From Fistulifera solaris (taxonomy: Eukaryota), in assembly GCA_030295235.1 (NCBI GenBank), contig AP026139.1, positions 248,001-312,000 of the forward strand: a stretch of 64,000 nt of DNA, given 5' to 3'. Made by a program: the position numbers and the translations under genes. The notes beneath the pieces are model-generated. The model saw nothing but the letters and a program-made list of their open reading frames with translations. It did not search any database and had not been told where the DNA came from. This document shows positions 47,798 to 60,609 of this stretch, piece after piece (positions within the stretch are counted from its first letter, which is position 1; every line of letters starts with the position of its first letter).

Positions 47798-49447
47798 TCA
47801 AGCTGACTCAAACTCAATCCAATTCAAATTCCAGCCATGTTCTGTTGATTTGACTGTCAAGCGTTGACAGCCTTCCTGCAGTTCCACGACATGGGATATG
47901 GTTTGCCATGTCTGCCAAGCGCCCGTACTCGGGAAGGACTCGATAGACCGGTCAATGCGCTCGGTATCTTTGTCGCTGTTGAGTTGTAGTCCTCCATCTC
48001 CTGTGATGCTTGCGATGCGATAACTAATCTTATACTTCCCAGACTTTTTTGACTAGCACGTCGTAAGCAACCCAGTGCCCTGTTTTCAGCCCTGCAACAT
48101 TAAATCCGCCGCCCTCGTCTTTGGTTTTTTCTGTGCCAATGCCCTTAAATCGGCAGTAATCCACCGCAGTTATTCGCACAGGAGCTCCCTCGCCACCTAT
48201 GAGAAACCGTTGCGATTTTGTTTTTTGTAACAAAGCCTGAATGACGCCTTCATTTCGAGTGCAGTTCTCGACTAATGCATTCTCGGCGAGTTGAACCATG
48301 ATTTTCCCCGGTGCAGGGGGCAGTGTCTTCCCATGCGTCCAGTGATCAATTAGTTCTTGGTATCCTTCCGGCTTGGCAATCGTATAGCATCCGGACGTGG
48401 ATTCCAACTTTTGTAAGTCCACCAGCACCATCCGATGTCGTGTGATTCGGAGCAGTTGGACGGCTTGGGAGTACCACTGGTTGTGATTCTCGCCCGATTC
48501 TCCAACCCACAAAGGGACATTGTACTTTGTTCGTAATTGAAGATATAGATTGATCGATTCGGTCGTAGGTTCCACCCAGTAGTAGTGAAAAGAAAGAACC
48601 AAATTTTGATCCATAGCGGCCAGAGTCCTCTGTGATTGTTGGACCATCCGTTGCCTTCGATGACAATCATGTGATTTAAATCTACTCGACGAATCGCTTT
48701 GATGCAATCGACATAAAACTTCTGAAGTGGTTTGTTGTAACGATCGTTCCGCCCATTTTTGTTTCCGGTTTGCTCAAACATCCAATTGGGTTCATTCAGA
48801 AGATCATAGGCCGCCAATGATTTTACGATTTTTAAATCTCTTGGCGATCTCGGTCCAAAGCGCAATCGTTTTGCGGATGTTTTCGGCGCTTTCCCACAGG
48901 GAAGGATTCGCTTTGTTGTAATCGCTGATTTTGGAGTCGTAGCCTTGTCCGCCTGGTGCCGCATGCAGATCTATAATGACATACAAGTTGTATTTCTCGC
49001 ACCACCCTAGCACTGCATCGAGAATTCGAAATCCCTCAGGCTTCCATGTGTCCTTCCCTTTAATAGTTTCCTCTTGTATAGAAAGCGTGAACAAGTTGTA
49101 ATGCAGCGGAACTCGAATGGAATTAAAGCCAGCTTGTGCGATGAGTTCAATATCGCGTTCCGTGCAAAAGTTATTGAGCCAAGCTTGTCGATATTCCTCA
49201 AAAAGATCCGCCCGATCCGACCGTTACTTTTACTTTCTCAAAGATAGCGTATTGCGCAGGACATATTGTTTTGTTGATCAACATGAGATAGGGTTCTTGC
49301 AACATCCACCCTCCAATGTTCATGCCTCGCAATAACAGCGGATGACCCTTTTCATCGACGATGCGTTTCTCATCGGCACGGACGAACCCTGTCGGTGCTC
49401 CTTGTTTCGTGGGGCGTTCCTTTCGATCTTCCGTAAAACCTTTTCAT
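47798..49447 (-). CDS. Glycoside hydrolase family 5 plus C-terminal CBM6, multiply frameshifted
   Basis: LRGMNIGGWMLQEPY; GFNSIRVPLHYNLF; IIDLHAAPGGQG; YDLLNEP (acid/base); EGNGWSNN; SFHYYW; PLWVGESGEN (nucleophile); CBM6 GGGFNVA..WVAYDV..PSTGAWQTWQT..WNLNWIEF*. At least 4 frame changes. Confidence 0.88.
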
Positions 49448-49607
49448 TTGCTGTGCTACAATTGTTATTGCTACTTCGTAATTGTTCAACATTCCGCCGA
49501 TTGGAATAGAGTAGACCCTCACGTAGCTTTTAGTACCAAGCAATACTTACTCGGGTGTGCGGTATAATTCTCCGGAGTACCAGGTAACAGGTACTGTACC
49601 GGTACCG

Positions 49608-49687
49608 GGAACGGCGTTAAAATTCTGTCTCGTCGTAGACGCTAAGTAGAATCTTCTACTGGGAGGCAGAATTTTAACGTCCTTCCC
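49608..49687 (-). mobile_element. 80-bp palindromic (MITE/TIR-like) element, copy 2, inverted relative to copy 1
   Basis: Reverse complement of 40578-40657 with 4 mismatches. Confidence 0.7.
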
Positions 49688-50106
49688 CGGTACTTCAATT
49701 GGCTAGGACCCAACAGCTAAGGGTTTACCCCCAAAATTTGTCGTCAATTTAGCTAACGACGTGCACTACAGTATGAGACTAAAAAACGATGCCAAACACT
49801 ATCACTATTATTATTTAAAAGAATCAATACGATTGCAAAGAAAGACTTGGATGTAACTAATTCTCGTGGGTGAAATGGAGGAACTCCGAGTGAGCGAACA
49901 CGAACGTAACATTCAAATCACAAAACAATCATTGAAGATTACGAAAGCGAAAACGCAAGGTCGATGCTGTGCAGCCAATAAACTGGACATGGACGAAGCG
50001 ACGGGTGACAAGCAACAACGGCGAGCTGCTTCAGTACAAGAGCATGATACGGAAGCAACATCATTCTCACCATCATTCGGTCACGCGAAGCAATCAACCG
50101 AACAAT

Positions 50107-51665
50107 CTATCCGACGAATCTGACCGGGAGACGCGCGGATGGACTGTAGAGATCCTCATCAACACCAGACAGGGATAAGTCAAGCTCATTGATTAACGCA
50201 TTGTCATCGGTAGTCAACGATCCATGCAACAAATTAGATGAGATGCCGTCAATGCACGGGATGTTCACTCGCTCCTGGACGCACTTCGGCGAACTCGAAG
50301 TTCCACGCTCGCATTCATCATCAAAAGTAAATCCAAGTTCGCGAAACTAGCACTTCCAAGGACTCGAGTGATTCCAAACACGACGGCTCCAACACAGCTT
50401 CGCCCTCAGATGACTCAGATTCATTGTGGGCTTCATAGTGGACTTGGGAAGCATCTTGTAGCACCTTGCATGTCTTTGCGACAGAGGGCTCTGACTTTCC
50501 GTCATCAACAGCATCTAACTCATGTGCGTCCACCACATCAAAAAACTCTGCAATGAGCAAATCCCAGGTAGCTTCATCGTCATCTTCTGCAACCATAACA
50601 TCCTCTGTGTTGTCTGGAAGACTGACTCCTGCATACATTACGTAGAACTCATCAATCATTTCGTCCGCGTCGAGTCCAAGTAGAATACTGATATCATCAT
50701 CCTTGTCGTTCTCTTCAGCGAGCTCTGGGACGCTTCGCGTCGTCATCGTCGTCATCAATTGTGATGATTTCAGGCTGTTTCTCCGTTGCAACTTCGACTT
50801 CAACTCCAAGTCCCACTCCAACGGATTCTTCTACAGCAGCACCACCACCACCACTGCGGAGCTTAACAACACTCGCTCCCAGCTCTGCGATCCAAGCGAC
50901 TATCTCGCGATGGCTTCATGCCGATGCAGCTCGACAAGGTCGTCAATTGCAGCCCAGTCGGGAGAAGAATTGTAATCATTCTCCTTCATCCAGGCCATCA
51001 ACATGTCGATCTGCCATTTCTCTAGACCCTTACCACTTGCTGAAACAGGATGCAGCTGAGGCGGTAGGAGTAGGAAAGGGACCGCGATTGCTGGCCGGGA
51101 AAGCGGGATGCGACGGGATGATGAACTACGTTTGTTGCGACGCGTTCTCCCTTCGGTCCTTTCCGGCTTTTCTTGAAACATCATCATTCTCTTTCGACCG
51201 CTAGAATACGGATGTTTGCGAGAAGCAGAAGCACCCGTTTCACCTCCCATCACTGCAGCAACAGCAGCAGCAACAGGATCAAGTGGCAGCTGCTGCGGCC
51301 GTACCCGTAACGACACTCGCCGGCGCGGTATTCTTCGTCTGAAAGGCAGCCATATCACTCAATTCCTTTCTCAAGATCTTGAAACTGTCGTCAAGGATTG
51401 CGTCAAGCGTGGTTAATTCACCGCTGACGAGCGACGCTATGCTCTGTATGCTGCAAAGTCTTGAATTGGTCTCCAAATAGAATCGCAAGTTTCACCGTCT
51501 CGTCGACAGAGAAACCGCTAGCAGGAACCCACTGCTTCGATTTCCACTGAGACCCACTGCTCTTAAGCGGATATCCTCCTTCTTCTCGAGTACTTTGTTA
51601 GCTAACGACACGAAGAGAGGCAACTCTTCGTGCCAAACGACAGGACTGACTGTGTTATTTTTCAT
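50107..51665 (-). CDS. Divergent TALE/KN homeodomain-like protein, copy A (frameshifted)
   Basis: MKNNTVSPVVWHEELPLF..ELTTLDAILDDSFKILRKELSDM..GKGLEKWQIDMLMAWMKENDYNSSPDWAAIDDLVE/CIGMKPSQIVAWIAE, followed by a long acidic tail; several indels. Confidence 0.55.
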
Positions 51666-52486
51666 TTTGTTTTTGCTTTGCGATGCTGCGGACACTTGAC
51701 TTTGTCAATTGTGCTATTTGTAAGCGATTTCAAACCTTCAAGACATCAAAAGCAAGCACAGGGGTGAGTAAAGACTTCATCTCTTATGAGAGCGAGACAA
51801 AAGGGTGCGAAAGTAGGCGTTAATAAAGATCTTCATGGTAACTTACCTTTCAACACGGCGATTCCTTTGAAAAGTGCGAACAAAGCAGCGAAAATGTACA
51901 GCAGCGGTACGGCTTATAGATACTACTAGAATTCGTTGTACTCTCACATTTGTATCGTATATTGTATAATAGTAACGTAGCCTTGGTAGTCCTCGCTACA
52001 TGCGAATACGTGGTACTCAAATCACGTAGAAAAAATACACCGCAGCTCGCTTTCAACCCAAAATCACACCATGATGTCATCTTTGCTCTGAAAACAACGT
52101 ATTGTCCTCTGATATGCCTTTGAATCATCACTCATCGACTCGTTATCGTCCTGGACTGCCGCGCCTCACTCTCCTAAGACGATGAAATTTCCACTGCGTC
52201 GCATGCGCTTGAGCCTTTCAGCGCCTCATCTTACTATCTCTTCGTGAAGACGTGGGTTGTTTCATTCCTTCTCGTGGTACTGAATCTCCGTCTCAAACTC
52301 GTGAATCATTGTCCAGTGACGAGCGTTTTGGCTCTGCCTTGAACGCCGGGTCTTCCGAAACAAGCCTTTAGAAGCAACTGTTAGCACAAAATGCAGCGTT
52401 CGGACGAGTCTTGTTAATGATTATTTGCAATTACGGTCGATCTACCGATATGGTCACGTTTACCGCCATGGAAAATGGTAAATCAT
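50110..52486. repeat. Segmental duplication unit A (direct repeat of about 59064-61480)
   Basis: Long near-identical stretches, e.g. 50390-50720 vs 59340-59680 and 51500-51900 vs 60440-60830; identity decays at both ends. Confidence 0.95.
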
Positions 52487-52601
52487 CGTCCTATCGTTGC
52501 TGCGAAATCTTTCGCCTTGGCAAAACACTTTTCGAATTTATAACAGGCGCTGCAGAAAGTGAATGCATCTTTGACTGCTAGAAGAAATTGCGTGACAGGA
52601 T

Positions 52602-52714
52602 GAGAGCGGGTGTACTGAAAACTGAGGCAGATGAGCTGTGCGTGGAGGAGAGGAGAAACATTAAAGGCTCATTGCATTTCGAGCGTGGTTATCGTAACGA
52701 CTTTCCATGAGAGC
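52602..52714 (+). repeat. Sequence repeated in inverted orientation at 63888-64000
   Basis: gagagcgggtgtactgaaaactgaggcagatgagctgtgcgtggaggagaggagaaacat... matches the reverse complement of the last 113 nt of the window (first about 60 nt identical). Confidence 0.92.
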
Positions 52715-53552
52715 AAGGCACAATAATCTTTTGATGAGCAGCGTTCATGTTGAATCATTCTTTTAACGGAAAAAGCCATCGTGTTGAGATATCCGAAGAT
52801 AGATTAGATTACGGCTTTGTCAAGTTAGAAGGACCGTTTATTGCCCATGAATATCAATCCCAACGGTACGGTATTCATTGGTACGTTGTGCATTTGGGAA
52901 ATCGATGAAGCCATCTGACTGCTTTACTTTCGGCTTCTTTCCGTTTTCCGTTCTCATCTATCTAGAGTGCTTGTTCCAATTTTAGTGTCATTTTATTTGT
53001 TTTAACGTCGTTATTTGCTCAGCGCTTTTTTTGTAGATGCGGCTTTTGGGAATAATGTAGAATTCGATTCGTTTGTAATGTGCTATTTTTTGAAAGTATA
53101 GAGACTTTGTACGAACCAAACAGACTTTCTCATGTTTCTTAGATGATTAATCTTTAGATTAGGCGTAGCAGGCACGATCATCCTCGCAAAGGAGGGGAGT
53201 TTCTCTGTTGAATGCTATCACAACAATGTCGCACTTGACCAACATCACCATCGCCATTTTGGTAGCATGACGGGACTGAATTTTTGTCTGTCCACCGCCG
53301 GAATATTTTGAACGAGATGTTATTTGAGTCCCTGGATTTCGGGACTGACGTGTTTTTGACAACCGCACAAAACACCTCATCATCGCGCCCGACATAGAAT
53401 AATGATGAAACGTAACAACAACGTTGGGTTTCTTAAAAGATATCTTTAACGGAAACAAGTAATCTGTGAACCATCCGAAAGCAGTAGAATTAGAAGGCAT
53501 CGGAGACGCATATCGCATTCGGTGCATACCTACTTGGAAAAGAAGCTAACGC

Positions 53553-55083
53553 ATGCGCTACACATCAGTTGTTGTCATCATGCTCGCGTCGCGATGCATA
53601 CTAGCATTCCGGCCTTTCGTTGTTAATCCTCGACAAATGGTTCGATTAGGGGTTACTAGTGAGCTTGTTCATTCGCGAGTGAGTCGCAAAGACCTGTCGT
53701 TGGAGCTAAAAACAATTACAAGTGAACTCGACACTGTTCTCAGTCATTTGAAGGCGCGTCGCGCATCGGCGGAGACATTACAGGCTGCTCAAGACATTGC
53801 GGCTTTAGCAAGTAAACGTTCCAATCTTATTCAAGAGCGAGATTCGTTTTTAAATCAGCGTAAGGAAGCTTCGGCAACTGTGGGCAGTTTAATGCGCAAG
53901 AAAGAATTGAGCGAGGAAGAACAAAAGCAACTGGAGGAAGCCAAAGAAAACAGTACGAAAGCCTCTGACGGAGCGACCGCAGCAGAAACCCAGCTAGAAG
54001 AATTGCAAGCGAAGATGGACGGACTGCTCTCTGGAATTCCGAACCTCTTGGACGATAAAGTTCCCGACGGCGATAACGACAGCAACAATGAAGTGGTTTC
54101 GACATGGGGAGACATCAATGCTTTACCAAAGGAACTCGGATGGAGAGAAGATTTTGAGCCTCTTTGGCATGATGATGTAGCCAGCGGCTTAAAGGGTTAT
54201 AAGTCGGAAGCTGCTGTGCGAATTTCCGGTGCTCGATTTGTTGCGCTTTCGGGTGCTGTGGCTCAACTGGAACGGGCCCTTGCCATGTTTTTCGTTGATC
54301 TGCATACCACTAAGCACGGCTACACGGAAGTCTCGGTTCCGTACGTTGTTGGTCGTTCGGCACTGGAAGGTACTTCTCAGCTGCCCAAGTTTCAAGAGGA
54401 TCTATTCGCCATCACCCCAGAAAGTCACACTTGTAACGGAGAAGACGCATTTTTGATCCCCACCGCTGAGGTCCCTGTAACAAATATGCATCGCGAAGAG
54501 GTCCTAGAGGAGAGTGATCTTCCACTATCTTATGTCTCATTTACTCCATGTTTTCGCGCTGAAGCAGGAAGTTACGGAAGAGACACCAAAGGTCTCATTC
54601 GGACTCACCAGTTCCTGAAGGTCGAACTCGTGAAAATTACAAGTGCAGACACGTCGGATGAAGAACATGAGCTCTTGACAAGTCATGCGGAAGCTTGCTT
54701 ACAGGCACTCAAATTACCATACCGAAAGGTTCGACTGTGTTCTGGGGACATTGGCTTTGCCGCACGCCACTGCTATGACCTGGAAGTTTGGCTTGCTGGG
54801 GCAAAAGAATACCGTGAAATTTCTTCTTGCAGTAACACAGGTGACTTTCAAGCTCGCCGCATGAGCCTAAGATACCGACCAAAAAGTGAAGCAGGTGTCG
54901 AGGGAAAGAAACCCAAGAAGGAAAAACTCAAGCTTTGTCATACGATTAATGGAAGCGGACTTGCCGTAGGGCGAACATTAGTCGCAATATTAGAGAACTA
55001 TCAGAAGCCTGATGGAAGCGTTGTTGTACCCAGTATTGAGGCCGTACATGGGCGGAAAGGAGATCATCGCAGTTCCGCAATAA
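53553..55083 (+). CDS. serS: Seryl-tRNA synthetase, organellar (bacterial type, N-terminal presequence)
   Basis: IPNLLDDKVPDG, SGARF, GTSQLPKF, LIPTAEVP, CFRAEAGSYGRDTKGLIRTHQF, YDLEVW, YREISSCSN, HTINGSGLAVGRTLVAILENYQ. A frameshift at about 55032 gives the end VLRPYMGGKEIIAVPQ*. Confidence 0.96.
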
Positions 55084-55360
55084 GCACTTCTTGTGTAAGC
55101 AAATAAAAATCATTTAAAGGACAGTACCTAACTCAACCGATTATCAGCCTGTTCAGAATAGCCATTATTCTCTTTCGATTGAATATAACTTGGAAGCAGC
55201 CACAGCCAAACAACAACTACTTCTAGCGTTTTTACCTTAGCAATAGTAACTAGCTAGTACTAGTCTATTCAAAGCAACCTTCGTTTTACTTTTCTTTTTT
55301 AATCTTTATTCCTTTACTATTTGTTTTTGATAATGCGTGCAATTTTGTGCGACAGCGGTG

Positions 55361-57400
55361 CTACACGAGATCATCAGCATTGGTCGGCAACGTTGTCTCG
55401 TTCACTTCAATTTCGGCTTGAATTTCCACCTCAGCCTTTTGCGTTTCGTCTTGACTTCCATGGTTATCAGGCTGGACACGGGCACCACGAGCGAGGCAGT
55501 TAGGGCAGCAGTCTCGGACAAGATGATACAGGCAGTAGCAGACCGCAAAGAAAATAGCCCAGAAAGCAATGTCTGCCGAGCCGAAGTTCTTGAAGTCCAG
55601 ATTTATGTAGGACAATAACTTTGATCCCCCAGATTTGCTTTCCCGGAGATAGTTATTGATGGTATTTTAATGGTGGATTGAACATGGTAGCATCCTCGAA
55701 ACAACGTAGAAGCTTGAGATGAACTGTCTGTTTGCCAGTTGTTTTTCCAAGCTTCATGTTCGCTCATCTAGGCACTGACCTCCAACTCCATCGTACACAT
55801 CCATGACTAGCGTATCTTCGTTGCCAGCAATAAATCCTCCGTAAGAGACCGGCCAAAATGTCAGAGACATCGCCAGGAACAGCAACAAATGAAATTAAGC
55901 TTCTTGTTCACCCCGTCTTTTGTGCATTGCCAGGGCGGAATAACTTCGCATGCTGCAGAAGTTAAAGTCAGCCAAATGCAAAGTTTCACTGCTTAGGCTA
56001 ATGCGACCGTGTTGGACGGACAAGTCAACTTCGTCGCGATTCAAGTTCAGGTCAGAATCATCCATCAATGACGGAAAGCTAAAGTTGTAGCTCGGCGAAT
56101 GGTTGGTAACCGTCACAGTTGCTTTGTTGGCGTTGTTCCGTGTCGGTGCATGGTTCACATGCTGGATATTCACCGTTTGCGTGACAAGTTCGGACACAGC
56201 AAGTGTCGCTGCTCCCACAATGCAACAACACGATACTGAAACGATTAGTTGGGCATTTCCAGGGACTCTCCGTGGCGTTTGTCGATGGCATGGTAAAGTA
56301 GTTGTCCGATGGACGTCGGTATTCAATCCACAGACCCGTCAAATTCACAGGAATGGGAAGCCTATTTGCGCCTGACAACAGCTTGACTCCTTCAATGTAA
56401 AGCTCTCCCACTGTAGGAATGCTCGGAATGTCAACAAACAGTGGCAAGGTTGTAGTTGATGTGTTGGTACCGCCAACCCAAATCAAGGTCGGTTCACTGA
56501 TCGGGCATCTTGCTCGATCAAAACCGCCCGCCGAGGCTTGCACTTCCAAATAAAGAGGCACAACAGGAGCTTCTCCAATTCCTTCTTCAAAGACAGTTCG
56601 CACTTGCGTTAAAGTCAAAGTCTGATCAAAGATTGAAATTTGCTGAATGGATCCTTGAAACGGCACAGTCGTCAAGTCACTCGCATCAATCGCGAGGGAA
56701 ACAGTTGCATCGTTTGATGCATGGGAAGACTTCGTCAAATCCGCCAGCGTGCACGGAATATTCTCCATGATCAGCTTTCCCTGCATATACAAGTTCAAGT
56801 CGTAGATCCCGTTGTTGTGATGGTCAAGGACACGGGGACATTGTGCTGCAACTCGTATTGCCCGATCCGAATCATGCGACAGGACTGTGTCGCATCTTCA
56901 AAGGCAACGACCAGATTCGCTCCAAACTGCGCCACCATCAGCGAGTATCCACCGCAGCCAGCATCGGTTGGAAGCAGGCGAGAGACTTGGCCGGATCCGA
57001 ACGTCCAAATGGGCTGCAATGAGGGAATTTCATCCGCCTGAGGAACGGGCGCCGCGATCCAAGTCGACAAGGACCATTCATTGCTGTTGAGACAATCGCG
57101 GAGAGCATCCAGAGTCTGGGTGCTGCGTAGACTTGTCACTTGATGATCACCAAGCTTGATTCCGGTGCTTTCGTGGCACTCCAGGGCGTTGAGGATCGGT
57201 AGGCTGCAAGAGTCCGAGCAACGATTAAGCTGTTGGAGGAGGCAGCCAAGCGCAGAGGATGGCAAGGCGTGAAGGTAAACTGTTCGAGAGGTTTGAAGGA
57301 TGACATGTTTTTTACGTTTGTCGAAATTTGTGAGATCAAAATGCGTATAGGTGCACGTGAATCTTGGCGTTTCCAACATTTTCAGGATGGAAACGTTCAT
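55361..57400 (-). CDS. Concanavalin A-like (LamG) domain surface protein with C-terminal TM, heavily frameshifted
   Basis: EWSLSTWI..LYMQGK..FQGSIQQISIFDQTLTLTQVRTVF (LamG-like); terminal IAFWAIFFAVCYCLY TM. Fragments lie in several frames. Confidence 0.55.
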
Positions 57401-59035
57401 CTGACCGTTTCCACCGAAGTCGTGGGCGTTTCCGAACGTTTTCGATACCGCTTTATTTGCATGCTCGTTATTTGCTTCGCTTTCCCTTGACTTGAAGGAT
57501 GTAAACGTTTAGCATTGAATATCAAACACCTTTAAAGCTATGATTTATGATTGATAAGAAAAGGTTGTTGAATGAAAATATTCTCTGTAGCAAATACAAA
57601 GTACAAAGTATTAATGCGTCGTGAGCGCGTGAGCGCTTCTTTTCTTCATTATTGTTGTTTCGACTGTACATAACCAACTATACAACAAAAATAGATAGAC
57701 GAGTTATAGCTACAGGAGTTTAGTGTCGCACAAGTACTTAGATCATGATTCATCTCCAGCTCCGGGTTTCTTTTAAACGTTGATACGGTGTACGGTGTCG
57801 TATTCGCTACCAAAGCAATGTTACATCCTCTGATACGCCTTTTATCAACAAGGAACTACGCATTATCCTCCTGGGTATCAAGTACCGGCGCAGTCTGTCG
57901 CGGCTCGCACGCGTAAGAGGATGAAAACTCGATTGTGTCGCATGCGCTCGAGTGCGTGTTGTCTTGGTTTATCGACGTCTCAAAAAGCTCCTTCCGACTA
58001 TTTCGATCGTTTTATTTGCCTTTTCGTTGTCGCATGAACATCGAGTTGTGTTGATGAACGCTGCAACCTGCGCTTAAGCCGTGTCTTTTGGATGCTTTCA
58101 TGCTGCGGAGCGGTGAAGGAGCAGGCGGCGGTTGCAGCTGTCAAGAGCCTGGATTGCGAATCAAGCTCGCCAGTGACGAGGGAACTGTTGCCGATCGCTG
58201 CATCAAGGTGAAGCATAGACAGTTTTTAGACAGCAACTGGGACGAGGAGGAAGATGAAGCCGAAATTGTTTAGCCGAAAGTGCTAGATATATCTCACATG
58301 AATTTGTGCGTTCGAAAATAAGTTTGTTTACCTGCACAATTCAGAAAAGAAAGTATCTTCGAGTTATTGTTACATGCTTTCACTCCTTTATAGACGGTGC
58401 GTGGCATTGAAGAGCTGTTAGTTTGCTCAATATGCCATCGCATTCGTTTAATGACGTAGTGTTGTGATGGAACCGATTTTTATTCTGTTGGCACTCGGAT
58501 GGATACTGGCGTGGATTGATCACCTTGCCGCTAATTGGTTTAAGTCGTGGATGGTGGGCTTTAGGCTTCATTTTGATAGTGATTCGTAATCCAGGAGGCG
58601 TTCGGTCGAACTGTTACAAAGGAGGGCGTATAGCGGCGACAACGCTTGACAACTATACAGATGCAGTGGATTTAGGACCGTCAGATGTCTGGTCAGATAT
58701 GAATCAACGAAACAGTCGGGGATCGACTGAGTCTCATTGTTCTTAAAATTACTAACTGGGATTGTCTCAGTGATCGTCTACTGCAACTAAAAGGTGACGT
58801 AGATTTAATTTATAACGATGCAAACTCAACCACTTAATTATTATTTTAATAATGAAAGATTCAAACAGAACGCAATGGAAGAGTTTCTCAGCACTGGAAT
58901 GGGGTAACTTGGAGAAAGTAGAGACGAGAAACATGTAAACGAGTACAAAGTGGAAGTGGAAGGTCATCACAATAAGGACATGCAGCCAAACTGGAAGAAA
59001 GTTGCACGCCGATTCATCAAGGTATATCCCGCGCA

Positions 59036-60609
59036 TCAAGGGAGCAAAGGCCGAAAATACTGTCCGTCGAATCTGACCGGTCGGCCGGATGGACTGTGAA
59101 GATCCTCATCAACATCAGGCAAAAACACGGCAAGCTCTTCAATCAACGCCTCTTCATCGGCATTTAGCGATCCAAGCAGCAAATTTGATGACTTTCCGTC
59201 AATGCACCGGTCGTTCGTTCCTTCCTGGGGCGCCGCAGAGATGAAATCGAATTTACCCATTCACCGTCACCTTCAAAATTGAAGCCTAGCTCCAAAACGA
59301 GCAGCTCCAAAGACTCGAGTGATTCTAAACAGGACAACTCCAACACAGCTTCGCCCTCAGATGACTCAGATTCATTGTGGGCTTCATAGTGGACTTCGGA
59401 AGCATCTTGTAGCACCTTGCATGTCTTTGCGACAGAGGGCTCTGACTTTCCGTCATCAACAATATCTAACTCATGTGCGTCCATGACATCGAAAAACTCT
59501 GCAATGAGCAAATCCCAGGTAGCTTCATCGTCATCTTCTGCAACATCACCATCCTCTGTGTTGTCTGGACGACTGACTCCTGCATACATTGCGTAGAACT
59601 CATCAATCATTTCGTCCGCGGCGAGTCCAAGTAGGCTACTGATATCATCATCCTTGTCGTTCTCTTCAGCAAGCTCTGGGACGCTATCGTCTTCGTCGTC
59701 GCCGTCATCGATTGTGATGATTTCAGGCTGTTGCTCCATTGCAACTTCAACTTCAACTCCAAGTCCCACTCCAACGGATTCTTCAACAGCAGCACCACCA
59801 CCACTGCGGAGCTTAACAACACTTGCTCCCAGCTCTGCGATCCAAGCGACTATCTGCGATGGCTTCATGCCGATGCACGCTCGACAAGGTCGTCAATTGC
59901 AGTCCAGTCGGGAGAAGAATTGTAATCATTCTCCTTCATCCAGGCCATCAACATGTCGATCTGCCATTTCTCTAGACCCTTACCACTTGCTGGAAACAGG
60001 ACGCAGCTGGTCGGTAGGAGTAGGAAAGGGACCGCGATTGCTGGCCGGGAAACGGGATGCGACGGGATGATGAACTACGTTTGTTGCGACGCGTTCTCCC
60101 TTCGGTCCTTTCCGGCTTTTCTTTGAAACATTATCATTCTTTTTCGACCGCAAATACGGATGTTTGCGAGAAGCAGAAGCACCCGTTTCACCTCCCATCA
60201 CTGCAGCAACAGCAGCAGCAACAGGATCAAGTGACGCTGCTGCGGCCGTGCCATAACGACATTCGCCGACGCAGTACTCTGCGTCTGAAAGGCAGCCATA
60301 TCACTCAATTCCTTTCTCAAGATCTTGAAACTGTCGTCAAGGATCGCGTCAAGCGTGGTTAATTCACCGCGACGAACGGCGCTATGCTCTGTATGCCGCA
60401 AAGCCTTGAACTTGTCACCAAATCGAATTCCAATATCCACCGTCTCTTCGACAGAGAAACCGCTAGCAGGAACCCACTGCTTCGATTTCCACTGAGACCC
60501 ACTGCTCTTGCGGATATCCTCCTTCTTCTCGAGTACTTTGTTAGCTAACGACCGCGAAGAGAGGCAACTCTTCGTGCCAAACGACAGGACTGACTGTGTT
60601 ATTTTTCAT
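59036..60609 (-). CDS. Divergent TALE/KN homeodomain-like protein, copy B (frameshifted)
   Basis: Same protein as copy A: KWQIDMLMAWMKENDYNSSPDWTAIDDLVE/MKPSQIVAWIAE plus acidic tail. Indels fall at partly different positions from copy A. Confidence 0.55.
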
